A stretch of 64,000 nucleotides of DNA. It comes from an uncultured Chloroflexia bacterium (GTDB lineage Bacteria > Chloroflexota > Limnocylindria > Limnocylindrales > CSP1-4). The stretch spans positions 49,466-113,465 of the forward strand of contig CAVORL010000001.1 in assembly GCA_963698595.1 (NCBI GenBank), in the 5' to 3' direction. The notes beneath the pieces are model-generated. The model had not been told where the DNA came from and did not search any database. It saw only the letters and a list, made by a program, of their open reading frames with translations. The position numbers and the translations under genes were made by a program. Below, in pieces: positions 19,146-28,415 of this stretch (positions within the stretch are counted from its first letter, which is position 1; every line of letters begins with the position of its first letter).

Positions 19146-19309
19146 GTCGCAGAACGCAGCGACCGCGCGGCGGTCGGCCTTCACCGCGACCGGCCTGCCG
19201 ATGCCGCGATCCCGCGTGAGATCCCAGGGTCCGCTGTGGCCGCCCTGCTCAGCGCGGGTCGGCAGCGGGCCGGTGCGGGACCGGCCGTCGACCCTCGCCG
19301 TGCGCCTGC

Positions 19310-20269
19310 CTACCGGAATCCTTGGGTCCGTCCGTTCGATCTCGCGCCCGGCAGAAGCGGCGCGGCACATGCGACAAGGAGGGCCCAAGTGTGAACCGCC
19401 GCCACCGGCGATCCGAGGGGCACCAGCGTCATCGAGAGCGCGAACGCCACGCCACCATGCCGCGACCCAAGGAGCATGACCGCAGCGAGCCCGACCGGGA
19501 TGGCGAGCAGAGCCCACGTGCGGCCCGACGACGACGCGCCCACAACCACCCTGAAGTAGTCAAGGAAGATCCCGGGGCCGAGGACAACCGCGGTGGCGGC
19601 CGCAAGCACCGCGGCCGTTGTCGCGGCCGCGGCCAGTGCTCCCCAGCGGCGGGTGGAAAGGAGCCAAACGAGAAGCACAGCGGGAGTGAGCTTGACTGAA
19701 ACGAGCAGGCCGACGAGGACCCCCGCCCAACGGTCCTTGCCCGCCGTCGTGAGCATCCAGGTGCCGACGACGCCGGCGAGCATTGCCGCGTCGACGTTCC
19801 CGACACCGATCAGGAGGGTGATCGACGGCACCAGCGGCAGGACCAGCAATCCTGCGAGGCCACGGGTGCCGAGGAGGAGAACGGCGATCGCCCAGATCCC
19901 GAGCCCCGCCATCAACAGCCACCAGGCGACCATTCCCGTGGCACCGGGCATGGCCGCGAGCACGATCCACGGAACAGCGATGAGGGGCGGCGAGTAGAGC
20001 CCGTACGGGCGGATATCGAAGACGAAGGGATCATCCGGGCGGACTGAGTAGAGGTCGTGACCCACGTTGATCCTCGTCCCCGCCAGCCAGTACGTCAGCG
20101 TGTCTCCGGCGAGGAAGCCGTTGCTGCACCACCATGCGATGCCCGCGGCCACTGCAACGCCGGCCACCACCCCAATTCCGGCAACGAGCAGCCTCACGGT
20201 CGGGCGCCTCGCGAAACGTTTCCAGGCCTGCCTGGGCCGCGACCAGTCGGAAGCGTCGTGCGCGGGCAT
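19310..20269 (-). CDS. GT87/DUF2029-like polytopic glycosyltransferase
   Basis: GDTLTYWLAGTRINVGHDLYSV and a polytopic body. I prefer ATG 20269 (TAGACT 7 nt upstream) over the track's GTG at 20296. Confidence 0.65.
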   Translation of the reverse strand: MPAHDASDWSRPRQAWKRFARRPTVRLLVAGIGVVAGVAVAAGIAWWCSNGFLAGDTLTYWLAGTRINVGHDLYSVRPDDPFVFDIRPYGLYSPPLIAVPWIVLAAMPGATGMVAWWLLMAGLGIWAIAVLLLGTRGLAGLLVLPLVPSITLLIGVGNVDAAMLAGVVGTWMLTTAGKDRWAGVLVGLLVSVKLTPAVLLVWLLSTRRWGALAAAATTAAVLAAATAVVLGPGIFLDYFRVVVGASSSGRTWALLAIPVGLAAVMLLGSRHGGVAFALSMTLVPLGSPVAAVHTWALLVACAAPLLPGARSNGRTQGFR

Positions 20270-20276
20270 GGAGCGG

Positions 20277-20282
20277 AGTCTA
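20277..20282 (-). promoter_or_regulatory. -10-like box TAGACT, 7 nt upstream of ATG 20269
   Basis: The minus strand reads ggTAGACTccgctccATG. Confidence 0.4.
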
Positions 20283-20734
20283 CCGGCGGCGACCACTGTC
20301 GGGCGCCCGGAGCGCCGCGAGGAGCGTAACGAACATGTAGGTCAGGAGACGCGGCGTTGCAAGGACGCTGAGCGCGACTGCCGCGGCCATCCCCACCACT
20401 TCGGGGCGAAACGGAGGGCAGCGAGCCCGGCGGCGCCGACGAGGATCGCCCACAGGACAGGAGACAGGACGTACGGGGAGAGGTTCTAGACCTCGCCGAC
20501 CTGATCCAGGGTCGCCTCCCACAGGAAGTCCAGCGTTGCCTGCGGGGCCACGATGAGCTGGAGGAGCATGAGCCCGTCACCCAGCCCGCGAACCGGGCGA
20601 CCGTGCGCCACCCCCGTCTCCCGATCCACCAGAGCGCGACCGGCGCCGGAAAGGGCTTCAGGTTGTCGCAAGGGCGATCGACCACGTCGCAAGAAGCCCC
20701 TCGAGGGCCCAGCTCGGGAGACGGGCGGGAGGCC
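20280..20734 (-). other. Coding-like but interrupted region (gene remnant or unannotated small ORFs)
   Basis: This lies in the same frame as the upstream GT87 ORF. After its TGA come 82 sense codons with mostly G/C third positions, up to a TAG at 20486-20488. A further 47 codons then include the hydrophobic stretch NLSPYVLSPVLWAILVGAAGLAALRF. A second frame encodes MAAAVALSVLATPRLLTYMFVTLLAAL and ends at 20280. Confidence 0.35.
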
Positions 20735-21595
20735 TCATCCAGCGCGCGGCCACCCCGGGCGAACCACCTGGAGCTCGGGCCGCCGCTGGAGGACCGGCCA
20801 CAGCGCCGCGAGCACGGCCAGGCCGCTGGGCCACAGCACGGGCAGCGCCAGCGTCGCCGCCACGGGCACCGTCCAGCGCCGGTCCGTGTGGGCGCCCCAG
20901 GCGACCACGAGCAGGGCGGTGGGGACGCGGAGCCAGAGCGGGATCTGAATGGCGAACTGGTTGAGCGGCGCGCCGGTGGCGGTCGCACCGAGGCTGTCGG
21001 TGACCCAGCTGCGCCAGGCTTCGGGGTCTGCGGCGAACGAGACCCCGGCCAGGATCCCGGTGACCCCGAGCGCGATCCCCAGGGAGCGCCACTCGCGTCG
21101 CACGAGGAACCAGGCGAGGCCGACCCCCGGCGTCACCTTCGTCAGCACGATGAAGGCCCATGCGGCCGGGTAGCGGAAGCCGAGCGCGATCGCGGCCGCC
21201 ATGAGCAGGTGGACGTTGCCGTGGTACAGCTCGAGCGCAACGGGTGGGAACGCGAGGACGGCGAGGATCGAGCGCACGGACCGTCCGCCAAGCCAGGCCG
21301 CGGTCCCGACGAGGATCGCGGTCCACGCCCACAGGAACTGCCAGAACGGCACGCCGGCAAACGCAGCGAAGGCCCAGGCCATGACGGGGGAGTACGTGAA
21401 GGCGCCCAGGCCGCCTGCCGTTGCGCCGTACGGGTCGCCTGGGTCCACTGCCCAGTAGGCGTAGGCATCGAACCCGAACGTGCCGGCGGCCGGGCCGACC
21501 ACGAGGAACAGGTACCCCGCGAACAGCAGGCCCGCGACGATCCCGCCGTCGACGATGGCGCGCCGAGGGCTCCGGCTCCCGCGGCCCGGTCTCAT
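20735..21595 (-). CDS. GT87/DUF2029-like polytopic glycosyltransferase
   Basis: FGFDAYAYWAVDPGDPYG and a polytopic body. ATG 21595 overlaps the TGA of the upstream gene (ATGA), implying translational coupling. Confidence 0.65.
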   Translation of the reverse strand: MRPGRGSRSPRRAIVDGGIVAGLLFAGYLFLVVGPAAGTFGFDAYAYWAVDPGDPYGATAGGLGAFTYSPVMAWAFAAFAGVPFWQFLWAWTAILVGTAAWLGGRSVRSILAVLAFPPVALELYHGNVHLLMAAAIALGFRYPAAWAFIVLTKVTPGVGLAWFLVRREWRSLGIALGVTGILAGVSFAADPEAWRSWVTDSLGATATGAPLNQFAIQIPLWLRVPTALLVVAWGAHTDRRWTVPVAATLALPVLWPSGLAVLAALWPVLQRRPELQVVRPGWPRAG

Positions 21596-23835
21596 CGATC
21601 CCACCGGATCACGGAGACGAGGTCGGAGAAGTCATCCGTCCACGGTCGCGTGGACGAGGAAGGTGGCTCCTCGGTGGCGATCGCTCCGAGAGCAGTCTCG
21701 AGGTCGCCGACGTCGAGCGCGCTCGCCACCCAGCCCGAGACCTCCTTCACCGGTGCAGGGGGAACGCCCGGGTTCGCGTCGGCGGGGATCGCGATCGGCA
21801 GCCCGCGTGCCCTGAGCCCGGCAACGATCACGGCCTGGATGTCGACGTACCGGTTCGAGACGTTGATGAGGAGGAGCCCCTCCGGGGCGAGCGACCGGGC
21901 GTAGAGGTCGATCGCCTCGACCGTCAGCATGTGACCCGGCGGTGCGTCGCCGCTGAATGCGTCCAGGACGAGCACATCGAATGACCCGGGTGGTTCGCCG
22001 GCCAGGGTGAGGCGCCCGTCTCCGAGGACGACCCGGACCGGATCGGGAGCCCCGGACAGGAACGTGAAGAGCGAGGCATCCTCGGCAATCCGGACCACCT
22101 CCGGATCGATCTCGAAGTACGTGTAGGCATCGCCAGGGCGCGCGTATGCGACGATCCCGCCCGCGCCGAGGCCGATGATCCCGACCCGGACCGGCCCGGG
22201 TCTGCCAGCCAGGAAGGCCTGCATTGCCTGGCCGAACGGCCCGCTCGGGTGGTAGTAGGTCAGGGGCTCCCGCGCCCGGGCCGGATCCTCCAGCTGGCCC
22301 CCGTGGGTGGTGGTCCCGTGCACGAGGAGCCGGATCCCGTCCTGGACGATGACCCGGTTGACCCCGAAGAACCCGCGGTCCACGTACAGCGCGCCCTGGC
22401 CAACGAGCAGGGGGATCATGAGAATGCCGCCCATCGCCAGGCCGAACCGAACCGGGCGGCGGGCGAGGACGAGGAGGCCCACGGCGATGGCCGCCAGCCC
22501 AACGGCAAGCCCCCGCGGCTCGACGTCGAGAACGCGCGACAGCACCACGAGCAGGGCGAGGGCGGCAACCAGGACGAAGGCCGGCACGGCCAGGTCCAGG
22601 AGACGCGCCCGCCGTTCGGCTGCCGGGTCGGCCGATCGCCGTGCCGGGCGGAGGAGCAGCGCCAGCGTCACCGCCAGCGGGTATTCCAGGACGCTGTCGA
22701 ACAGCGCAGGCGCAACGAGGGCGTTGAAGACGCCTCCGAGGGCTCCTCCCACCGCCAGGAGCATGTAGAACTCCGTGAGGTGACGGGCCGCCGGACGATC
22801 GTTGGCCAGTCGGACGTGGGCCAGGAGCGCCGCGACGAAGAAGGCCCCGAGGTTCAGCGCCACCAGGCCCGCGAGGGGCATCTCGGCGGCGCCGACCAGC
22901 CCGATCGAGAGGAGGACGATCACGATCGGGAGGATCGCCGCCAGCCGCGAGACGGTGAGGGGGTTGCGCGGCGAGAAGGCGACGATGAACGTCACGAGGT
23001 AGAGGCTGAGCGGCAGAACCCACAGCAATGGGACGGCGGCGACGTCGGCCGAGATGTAGGTCGTGACACCCAGCATCAGGCTGGATGGCACGAACGCCAT
23101 GGCGACCCACATCAGCCGGCGGCGAAGCGACGGTCGATCCGCGCTCGTCGACGGGCTCTTCCCTACGACGGGCGGCAGGGTGGATGACGGGGAGGGGGCG
23201 GCGGCGGCGACAACCCGCGTCCGACGCAGGATCAGGGCCGCGGCGAGGGCCAGAGCCAGGAAGAGCACGTACCCGGCGGACCAGAGCAACGCCTGGTCCC
23301 GGAGGGAGAGGTTCGGCTCGATGAGGAATGGGTACGCGAGGAGACCGATGAGACTCCCGGCGTTCCCCATCGCGTACAGGAAGTACGGGTCGGCTGCATG
23401 CGGGTGGCCCGTCGCCGAGAACCAGCGCTGCAGGACCGGGCTGGCCGTGGTGACGGCCACGTAGGGCAGCCCGACCATGCCGGCGAGCACCAGGAGCAGC
23501 CACAACGCGGGGTCTGCGTCGGTCGGTGGCGCGGCCCATCCGGGCAGGGCGATGGGAAGACCGGCGAGGGGGACCAGGAGGAGGAGGACCTGGGCCCATG
23601 GCTGGCGTCGAAGCCCAAGGCGCGTCGTGGACGCGTGCGCCCATCCATAGCCGAGGAGAAGGGCGACCTGGAAGAAGAGGATCGACGTCGTCCACACGGC
23701 GGGACTCCCGCCGAAGCGCGGAAGGACCAGCCGCGCGGCGAGCGGCTGCACGAGGAAGACGAGGGTCGCGCCCGCCAGGATCGCAAGGGCGTACACGGCG
23801 AGGATCAGCGCTGGCGGGACGGGCCGGGAGGTCAT
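21592..23835 (-). CDS. Polytopic membrane protein with a C-terminal spermidine-synthase-like (class I SAM-dependent) domain
   Basis: ~480 aa of TM segments, then VGIIGLGAGGIVAYARPGDAYTYFEIDPEVV ... VLVLDAFSGDAPPGHMLTVEAIDLYARSLAPEGLLLINVSN. The start was taken at ATG 23835 because TACGAT lies 7 nt upstream. Confidence 0.75.
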   Translation of the reverse strand: MTSRPVPPALILAVYALAILAGATLVFLVQPLAARLVLPRFGGSPAVWTTSILFFQVALLLGYGWAHASTTRLGLRRQPWAQVLLLLVPLAGLPIALPGWAAPPTDADPALWLLLVLAGMVGLPYVAVTTASPVLQRWFSATGHPHAADPYFLYAMGNAGSLIGLLAYPFLIEPNLSLRDQALLWSAGYVLFLALALAAALILRRTRVVAAAAPSPSSTLPPVVGKSPSTSADRPSLRRRLMWVAMAFVPSSLMLGVTTYISADVAAVPLLWVLPLSLYLVTFIVAFSPRNPLTVSRLAAILPIVIVLLSIGLVGAAEMPLAGLVALNLGAFFVAALLAHVRLANDRPAARHLTEFYMLLAVGGALGGVFNALVAPALFDSVLEYPLAVTLALLLRPARRSADPAAERRARLLDLAVPAFVLVAALALLVVLSRVLDVEPRGLAVGLAAIAVGLLVLARRPVRFGLAMGGILMIPLLVGQGALYVDRGFFGVNRVIVQDGIRLLVHGTTTHGGQLEDPARAREPLTYYHPSGPFGQAMQAFLAGRPGPVRVGIIGLGAGGIVAYARPGDAYTYFEIDPEVVRIAEDASLFTFLSGAPDPVRVVLGDGRLTLAGEPPGSFDVLVLDAFSGDAPPGHMLTVEAIDLYARSLAPEGLLLINVSNRYVDIQAVIVAGLRARGLPIAIPADANPGVPPAPVKEVSGWVASALDVGDLETALGAIATEEPPSSSTRPWTDDFSDLVSVIRWDR

Positions 23836-23842
23836 GACCGGC

Positions 23843-23848
23843 ATCGTA
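23843..23848 (-). promoter_or_regulatory. -10-like box TACGAT, 7 nt upstream of ATG 23835
   Basis: The minus strand reads ccTACGATgccggtcATG. Confidence 0.4.
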
Positions 23849-23960
23849 GGGCCCGTGGGCGATCTCGGAACCACCCGACTGTGGATCAGCGCTGGCCCAT
23901 CCGTACCACCCCCTCCGTACTGGTCCAAAGGCCCCCGGGCCGGTGCTACCGTGCACCACC

Positions 23961-25613
23961 GTGAGGATCCCGTTCGCGCTCTTCGCCTTCGCCCTCCTCG
24001 TGCGCCTGGTCCTGATCGCGCTGTTCCCGGATGGCGCCTACCCGGACTCCTACTACTACGTCGACGTCGCGCGCAGCCTCGCGGCGGGTCACGGGTTCAC
24101 CATCGACTTCATCTGGATCTTCGTCGAGGTGGGAGGCGCCATTCCGGCAGACCCGGTTCTCCCGGTGGCGTCGAACGCCCACTGGATGCCGCTCGCGTCG
24201 GTCGTCCAGGTTCCCTTCATCTGGCTCCTGGGCCCGACGGCGTTCGCCTCGGCGCTCCCGTTCGCGCTGCTGGGCGCCGTCACCGCGCCGCTCGCCTGGG
24301 CGATGGCACGCGATGTCGGGGCGAGCGCTCGCGTCGCGCTCGGCACCGGCGTCCTCGTGGCGATCCCGCTGCTTGCGACGCCGTTCATGGCTCAGCCTGA
24401 CAACTTCGCGCTGTACCAGCCGCTCGTCATGGGCGCCATCTGGGCCGCGGGCCGCGGCCTTCGCGGGCACGCCACCAGCTATGCGCTCTCGGGGGCGCTG
24501 GTCGGGCTGGCGATGCTGTCGCGCTCCGACGGCATCCTGGTCGGCGGCGCGGTCGGCCTGCTCTTCATCTTCGATCGCCTCCGCGCCTGGCGCAGCGGTG
24601 GCGCCCGGACCCCGCACATTCCGATGTGGGCGGCGGTGGCCTGCGCCGGCCTGTTCCTGCTCGTCGTGGCGCCGTGGGTCGCCCGCCAGCTCGCCGTGTT
24701 CGGCGCGATCTCACCCTCGTCGTCCACCGGCAAGGTGCTCCTCATCCGCGAGTTCGTGGAGTGGAACTCGCTCACGATCCCCGCCACGTGGGAGCACTTC
24801 CTGGGCCAGGGACTCGGCCCGCTCGTGGCCAGCCGCGTCGGCGGCCTCGTGGCGGCGGCGGGCATCTTCACCGTGCTCGTCGGAGGGGTCCTCCTCCTCC
24901 CGTTCATGATCGTCGGTGGCTGGGCTCGCCGTCGCTCGCCGGATTTCGCCCCGTTCCTGCTGTACGCCCTGATCCTCTTCGCCGCGAACGCCGTCGTGTT
25001 CGCGGTCCACGTGCCGGGCGGCACCTTCATCCACTCGGCGATCGGGCTCGCCCCGCACGCGTACGTGCTGGCCCTGGAGGGGATCGCGCTGGTGGTCGCG
25101 TGGACCGCACGCCGGCGGCCCGCATGGGACGTGGAGCAGGCGACACGGTTCTTCACGCTGGCCGCCGTCGCGTTCGCGCTCGTAGCGGCGGTGGGGGGAA
25201 CGATCACCACCCACGCCGCCTGGCGGGCGCGCGCCGATGAGCACCGGTTCGCCGCTGGGGCGCTCGATGCCTCGGGCGCCGCGAGGACCGACCGCGTGAT
25301 GTCGATCGACGCGTCGGGCACCCTCTACTGGTCGGGGCGCGGCGGGGTCGTGCTCGTGAACGACCCGCTCGACACGATCGAGAGGGTCGCCCGCGCGTAC
25401 GGGATCCGCTGGCTCATCCTCCAGAGGGACGACAGCGTGCCGGCCATGGCTGGCGTGCTGGACGGACGGAGTCGACCGACGTGGATCGGCCCACCGGTCG
25501 CGACGCTCCCTGCCGCTCCCGACGGGGCGCCGTCCGTGGGCCCCGTCGACGCTGGCGTCTACCCGGTCTGCCTCGAGCCCACCGACCTGCGCTGCGCCGG
25601 ACAGTCACGATGA
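23961..25613 (+). CDS. GT39/PMT_2 (ArnT-like) GT-C membrane glycosyltransferase
   Basis: N-terminal LFPDGAYPDSYYYVDVARSLAAGHGF (the acidic first-loop motif of the PMT_2 family), a polytopic body and a C-terminal soluble domain. GTG 23961 has TACCGT 8 nt upstream; the track start is 23943. Confidence 0.7.
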   Translation: MRIPFALFAFALLVRLVLIALFPDGAYPDSYYYVDVARSLAAGHGFTIDFIWIFVEVGGAIPADPVLPVASNAHWMPLASVVQVPFIWLLGPTAFASALPFALLGAVTAPLAWAMARDVGASARVALGTGVLVAIPLLATPFMAQPDNFALYQPLVMGAIWAAGRGLRGHATSYALSGALVGLAMLSRSDGILVGGAVGLLFIFDRLRAWRSGGARTPHIPMWAAVACAGLFLLVVAPWVARQLAVFGAISPSSSTGKVLLIREFVEWNSLTIPATWEHFLGQGLGPLVASRVGGLVAAAGIFTVLVGGVLLLPFMIVGGWARRRSPDFAPFLLYALILFAANAVVFAVHVPGGTFIHSAIGLAPHAYVLALEGIALVVAWTARRRPAWDVEQATRFFTLAAVAFALVAAVGGTITTHAAWRARADEHRFAAGALDASGAARTDRVMSIDASGTLYWSGRGGVVLVNDPLDTIERVARAYGIRWLILQRDDSVPAMAGVLDGRSRPTWIGPPVATLPAAPDGAPSVGPVDAGVYPVCLEPTDLRCAGQSR

Positions 25614-27244
25614 CCCGGCGCGAGGCGTGGCTCAGCGCCGCGCTCGTCTTCGCCGTCGCGCTCGGGGTGCGCCTGTGGGCGGCAGCCCAGGTCCCGTTCC
25701 CGATCCCGGAGGACACGACTTACTACTGGGGCGTCGCCCGCAACCTCGCGGAAGGCCACGGCATCGTCTCGAACACGATCTGGAGCTACGCGACGCCCGC
25801 TCGCGACGCGAGCGGCGTGTTCGGCTTCTTCTTCCCGCGCCCTGCCTTCGAGATCTGGCTGCCGCTGCCGAGCCTCCTGGGCGTCCTGCCGATGCTCGCA
25901 ACCGGCGCCACGGACTACCCGACGACGACGATCGTCCCCGCGGCACTCGGCGCGCTGGTCCCGGTGGCCGCGTGGCGTATCGCGGCGGATCTCGCTGAGG
26001 AGCTCGCCATTCCTCCGGAGCGGGCCCGCACGCTGGCCGTGGGCTCGGGCCTGGTCGCGGCCGCCTGGCTGCCCCTGGTCCTCCCGTCGATGCTGCTGGA
26101 TTCGACGGTCCCGTTCGGGCTGCCCGCACTGGCCGCCTGCCTGGTGATGGTCCGCCTCGTGCGCCGACCGCCTGACCGCCTGCTTGATCCCCGGCTTGTC
26201 GCCCTCGGCCTCGCCATCGGCGTCGCCGCCCTCGCCCGCAACGAGGCTGTCTGGCTGGGGCTGGCCTGGGCCATGCTCGCCTGGGCGGCGCTCCACCGTG
26301 CCGGACTCGGATCGGTCGCTCGGGCCGTGGCACTCCCAGGCATGGTCGCGGTTGCAGTCATGGTGCCGTGGCTCGTGCGCGACTGGCTTGTCTTCGGGAG
26401 CCCGCTGCCGGGGCAGGCCGTCACGAATGCGTTCTCGCTGAGCGGCTTCGACATCTTCGCCTGGAACGACGCGCCGACGCTCACCCGGTACCTGGCCGCC
26501 GGGCCGCAGGCTTGGCTCGGTCATCGAGTGGACGGGTTCCTCCACAACCTCTTGAGCGTGCTCGCCGTACCTGGGTTCCCCGTCTCCGTCCTTGGCATGG
26601 CAGGCCTTCTCGTCGTCGGCCGCGCGGCCGCTCTGCGCCCGCTCCTGGTCGTCGGCCTCCTCACGTTCTGGATCACGACCGTTGCCTTTCCTGTCGCGAC
26701 GACGTGGGGCACCTTCCTCCACGCGTCCCTGCCGGCGCAGGTCCTGCTGCTGGTCCCCGCACTGGCAGGTCTCGACGCCGCCCTTGCCTGGGTCGGAAGG
26801 CACCGCGGCTGGACCCGACCGGTCGCCTGGCTCGGGCCGACCTTTGCCGGGCTGAGCGCCGTGCTGTTCACCATCCTGGGAGTCGCCGCGTACGGGGCAC
26901 AGTCGACCGGCACGCAGGCGGGCTACGCGGACGTGCTCGCGCGGATGGACCGGGCCGGCCTCCCGGTCACCGGCGCACAGCCGATCATCGCAAACCACCC
27001 GATGTGGGTCTCGGAGGTCGGCCGAATCCCTGCGCTCGCCCTCCCGAACGAGACGCCGGCGGACGTGCTGGACCTGGCAAGGACCTTCGGGGCCGAGGTC
27101 GTGATCGTCGACGGCGACCACGGGTCGTGGCCCGCGATCGTCGACGTCGGCGGCCCGGACGCGGCCTGCTTCGTCCCCGTGGATCTCGATCCGCCCGCGG
27201 CTGGCGAGGATCCGTTCCGGGTATACCGCGTGGCGTGCCCGTGA
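25610..27244 (+). CDS. GT39/PMT_2 (ArnT-like) GT-C membrane glycosyltransferase, paralogue of the preceding gene
   Basis: MTRREAWLSAALVFAVALGVRLW...PIPEDTTYYWGVARNLAEGHG. ATG 25610 overlaps the preceding TGA (ATGA). Confidence 0.7.
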   Translation: MTRREAWLSAALVFAVALGVRLWAAAQVPFPIPEDTTYYWGVARNLAEGHGIVSNTIWSYATPARDASGVFGFFFPRPAFEIWLPLPSLLGVLPMLATGATDYPTTTIVPAALGALVPVAAWRIAADLAEELAIPPERARTLAVGSGLVAAAWLPLVLPSMLLDSTVPFGLPALAACLVMVRLVRRPPDRLLDPRLVALGLAIGVAALARNEAVWLGLAWAMLAWAALHRAGLGSVARAVALPGMVAVAVMVPWLVRDWLVFGSPLPGQAVTNAFSLSGFDIFAWNDAPTLTRYLAAGPQAWLGHRVDGFLHNLLSVLAVPGFPVSVLGMAGLLVVGRAAALRPLLVVGLLTFWITTVAFPVATTWGTFLHASLPAQVLLLVPALAGLDAALAWVGRHRGWTRPVAWLGPTFAGLSAVLFTILGVAAYGAQSTGTQAGYADVLARMDRAGLPVTGAQPIIANHPMWVSEVGRIPALALPNETPADVLDLARTFGAEVVIVDGDHGSWPAIVDVGGPDAACFVPVDLDPPAAGEDPFRVYRVACP

Positions 27245-27272
27245 TCCTCACAGCCACGCCACGGGCCGCCCG

Positions 27273-27278
27273 TATACT
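27273..27278 (+). promoter_or_regulatory. -10 box TATACT, 9 nt upstream of ATG 27288 (head of the two-component/flp operon)
   Basis: Reads cgTATACTggccgccagATG, with no Shine-Dalgarno sequence. It sits in the 43-nt gap after the GT39 gene. Confidence 0.45.
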
Positions 27279-27287
27279 GGCCGCCAG

Positions 27288-28415
27288 ATGAGCGCGGACA
27301 TCGGCACCGGCAGCGCGGCGACGGATCAGTTCGGCACCCTTCACGCGGAGGCGAAGGGTGCCCTCGCCTACGCGGCGAACACGCTGCGCTCCGTCACCGA
27401 GCGCTACCGCGAGACGTTTCACGAAGAGCTCGCCGGCTGGCACCTCGATCGCGACGCCCTCGACACCGCTGAGCGCCGGGACCGGCCCGTCGTGTACGGC
27501 GCGGGCCGCAGCGGCAAAGGCGGCGGCCCCCTGCTGGGCGACGATCCCGCCGCTCGCGCGGAGACCGCGGCCGAGGAAGCGCGCTCCGCCGAGCTGGGCC
27601 GCCAGGTCACGCTTCGCACCGCGACGCTCGGCGAGCGACACACGGAGCTCGCCCGCCTCGAGCTGGCCGTGCGAGGCCTGGAGCGAACCTGGCTCTTCCT
27701 GGAGCGAGGCGACGCGTCCCTCCTCGACGACCCGACGCGGCCCGACCTGCCCGACGACCTGCAGATGCGCATCGTGGAGGCCCGCGAGGCAGAGCGGACG
27801 CGACTCGCCCAGGAGGTCCACGACGGGCCGGCCCAGGCGCTCGCCAACGCGATCTTCGGAGTCGAGTACATCGAGAAGATCCTGAACCGTGACCGGCCGG
27901 CGGCCCAGGTGGAGCTCCGCCTCCTCCGCGAGCGCCTCCGCCGCGAGCTCGGCGACGTGCGCGCCTTCATCAGCCAGCTGCGACCGCCGATCCTCGACGA
28001 GGTAGGCCTCGAGGGCGCGATCCGCGAGGCGGCGGACACCTTTCACGCCCTCAGCGGTGCCACGGTCGACCTGGACCTCGCCGCCTCCCCGGCGGCCCTC
28101 GATGACGCCCAGCAGGTCGTCGTCCTGCGGGTCCTCCAGGAGGCCCTCCAGAACGCCAGGAAGCACGCCGGAGCACGCCGCGTCGCGCTCGTGACCAGGC
28201 ACCAGGGCGACCGGTGGGCCCTGGAGGTCCGGGACGACGGGCGCGGCTTCGATCCCGACACGGTGCTCGACCCCGGGCGGCGCACGTTCGGGCTGCAGTT
28301 CATGCGCGAGCGGGCCGAGCTCGTCCGCGGCACGTTCGAGATCCGTTCGCGGCCGGCGCACGGTACCGTGGTGGTGCTCGACATTCCCGTCGTCGACAGA
28401 GGAGGCAGCAGATGA
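27288..28415 (+). CDS. Soluble sensor histidine kinase, HisKA_3/NarL-partner class (DegS-like)
   Basis: No TM segment and a coiled-coil-like N-terminal half. H-box RTRLAQEVHDGPAQALANA, N-box LQEALQNARKHA, G1 VRDDGRGFD and G2-like GLQFMRERA. Confidence 0.9.
   Translation: MSADIGTGSAATDQFGTLHAEAKGALAYAANTLRSVTERYRETFHEELAGWHLDRDALDTAERRDRPVVYGAGRSGKGGGPLLGDDPAARAETAAEEARSAELGRQVTLRTATLGERHTELARLELAVRGLERTWLFLERGDASLLDDPTRPDLPDDLQMRIVEAREAERTRLAQEVHDGPAQALANAIFGVEYIEKILNRDRPAAQVELRLLRERLRRELGDVRAFISQLRPPILDEVGLEGAIREAADTFHALSGATVDLDLAASPAALDDAQQVVVLRVLQEALQNARKHAGARRVALVTRHQGDRWALEVRDDGRGFDPDTVLDPGRRTFGLQFMRERAELVRGTFEIRSRPAHGTVVVLDIPVVDRGGSR

Noticed and set aside
19146-19309. The 164-bp gap between convergent genes as a possible tRNA or small RNA.
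   Set aside because: No cloverleaf-compatible segments or T-loop (GGTTCGAATCC-like) sequence are visible. It is a GC-rich spacer with only short stems.
20735-20737. The in-frame TGA after the GT87 gene as selenocysteine or programmed readthrough.
   Set aside because: I saw no SECIS-like hairpin immediately downstream. The 289-aa GT87 protein already looks complete when compared with its 328-aa paralogue. A second in-frame stop (TAG) follows 82 codons later.
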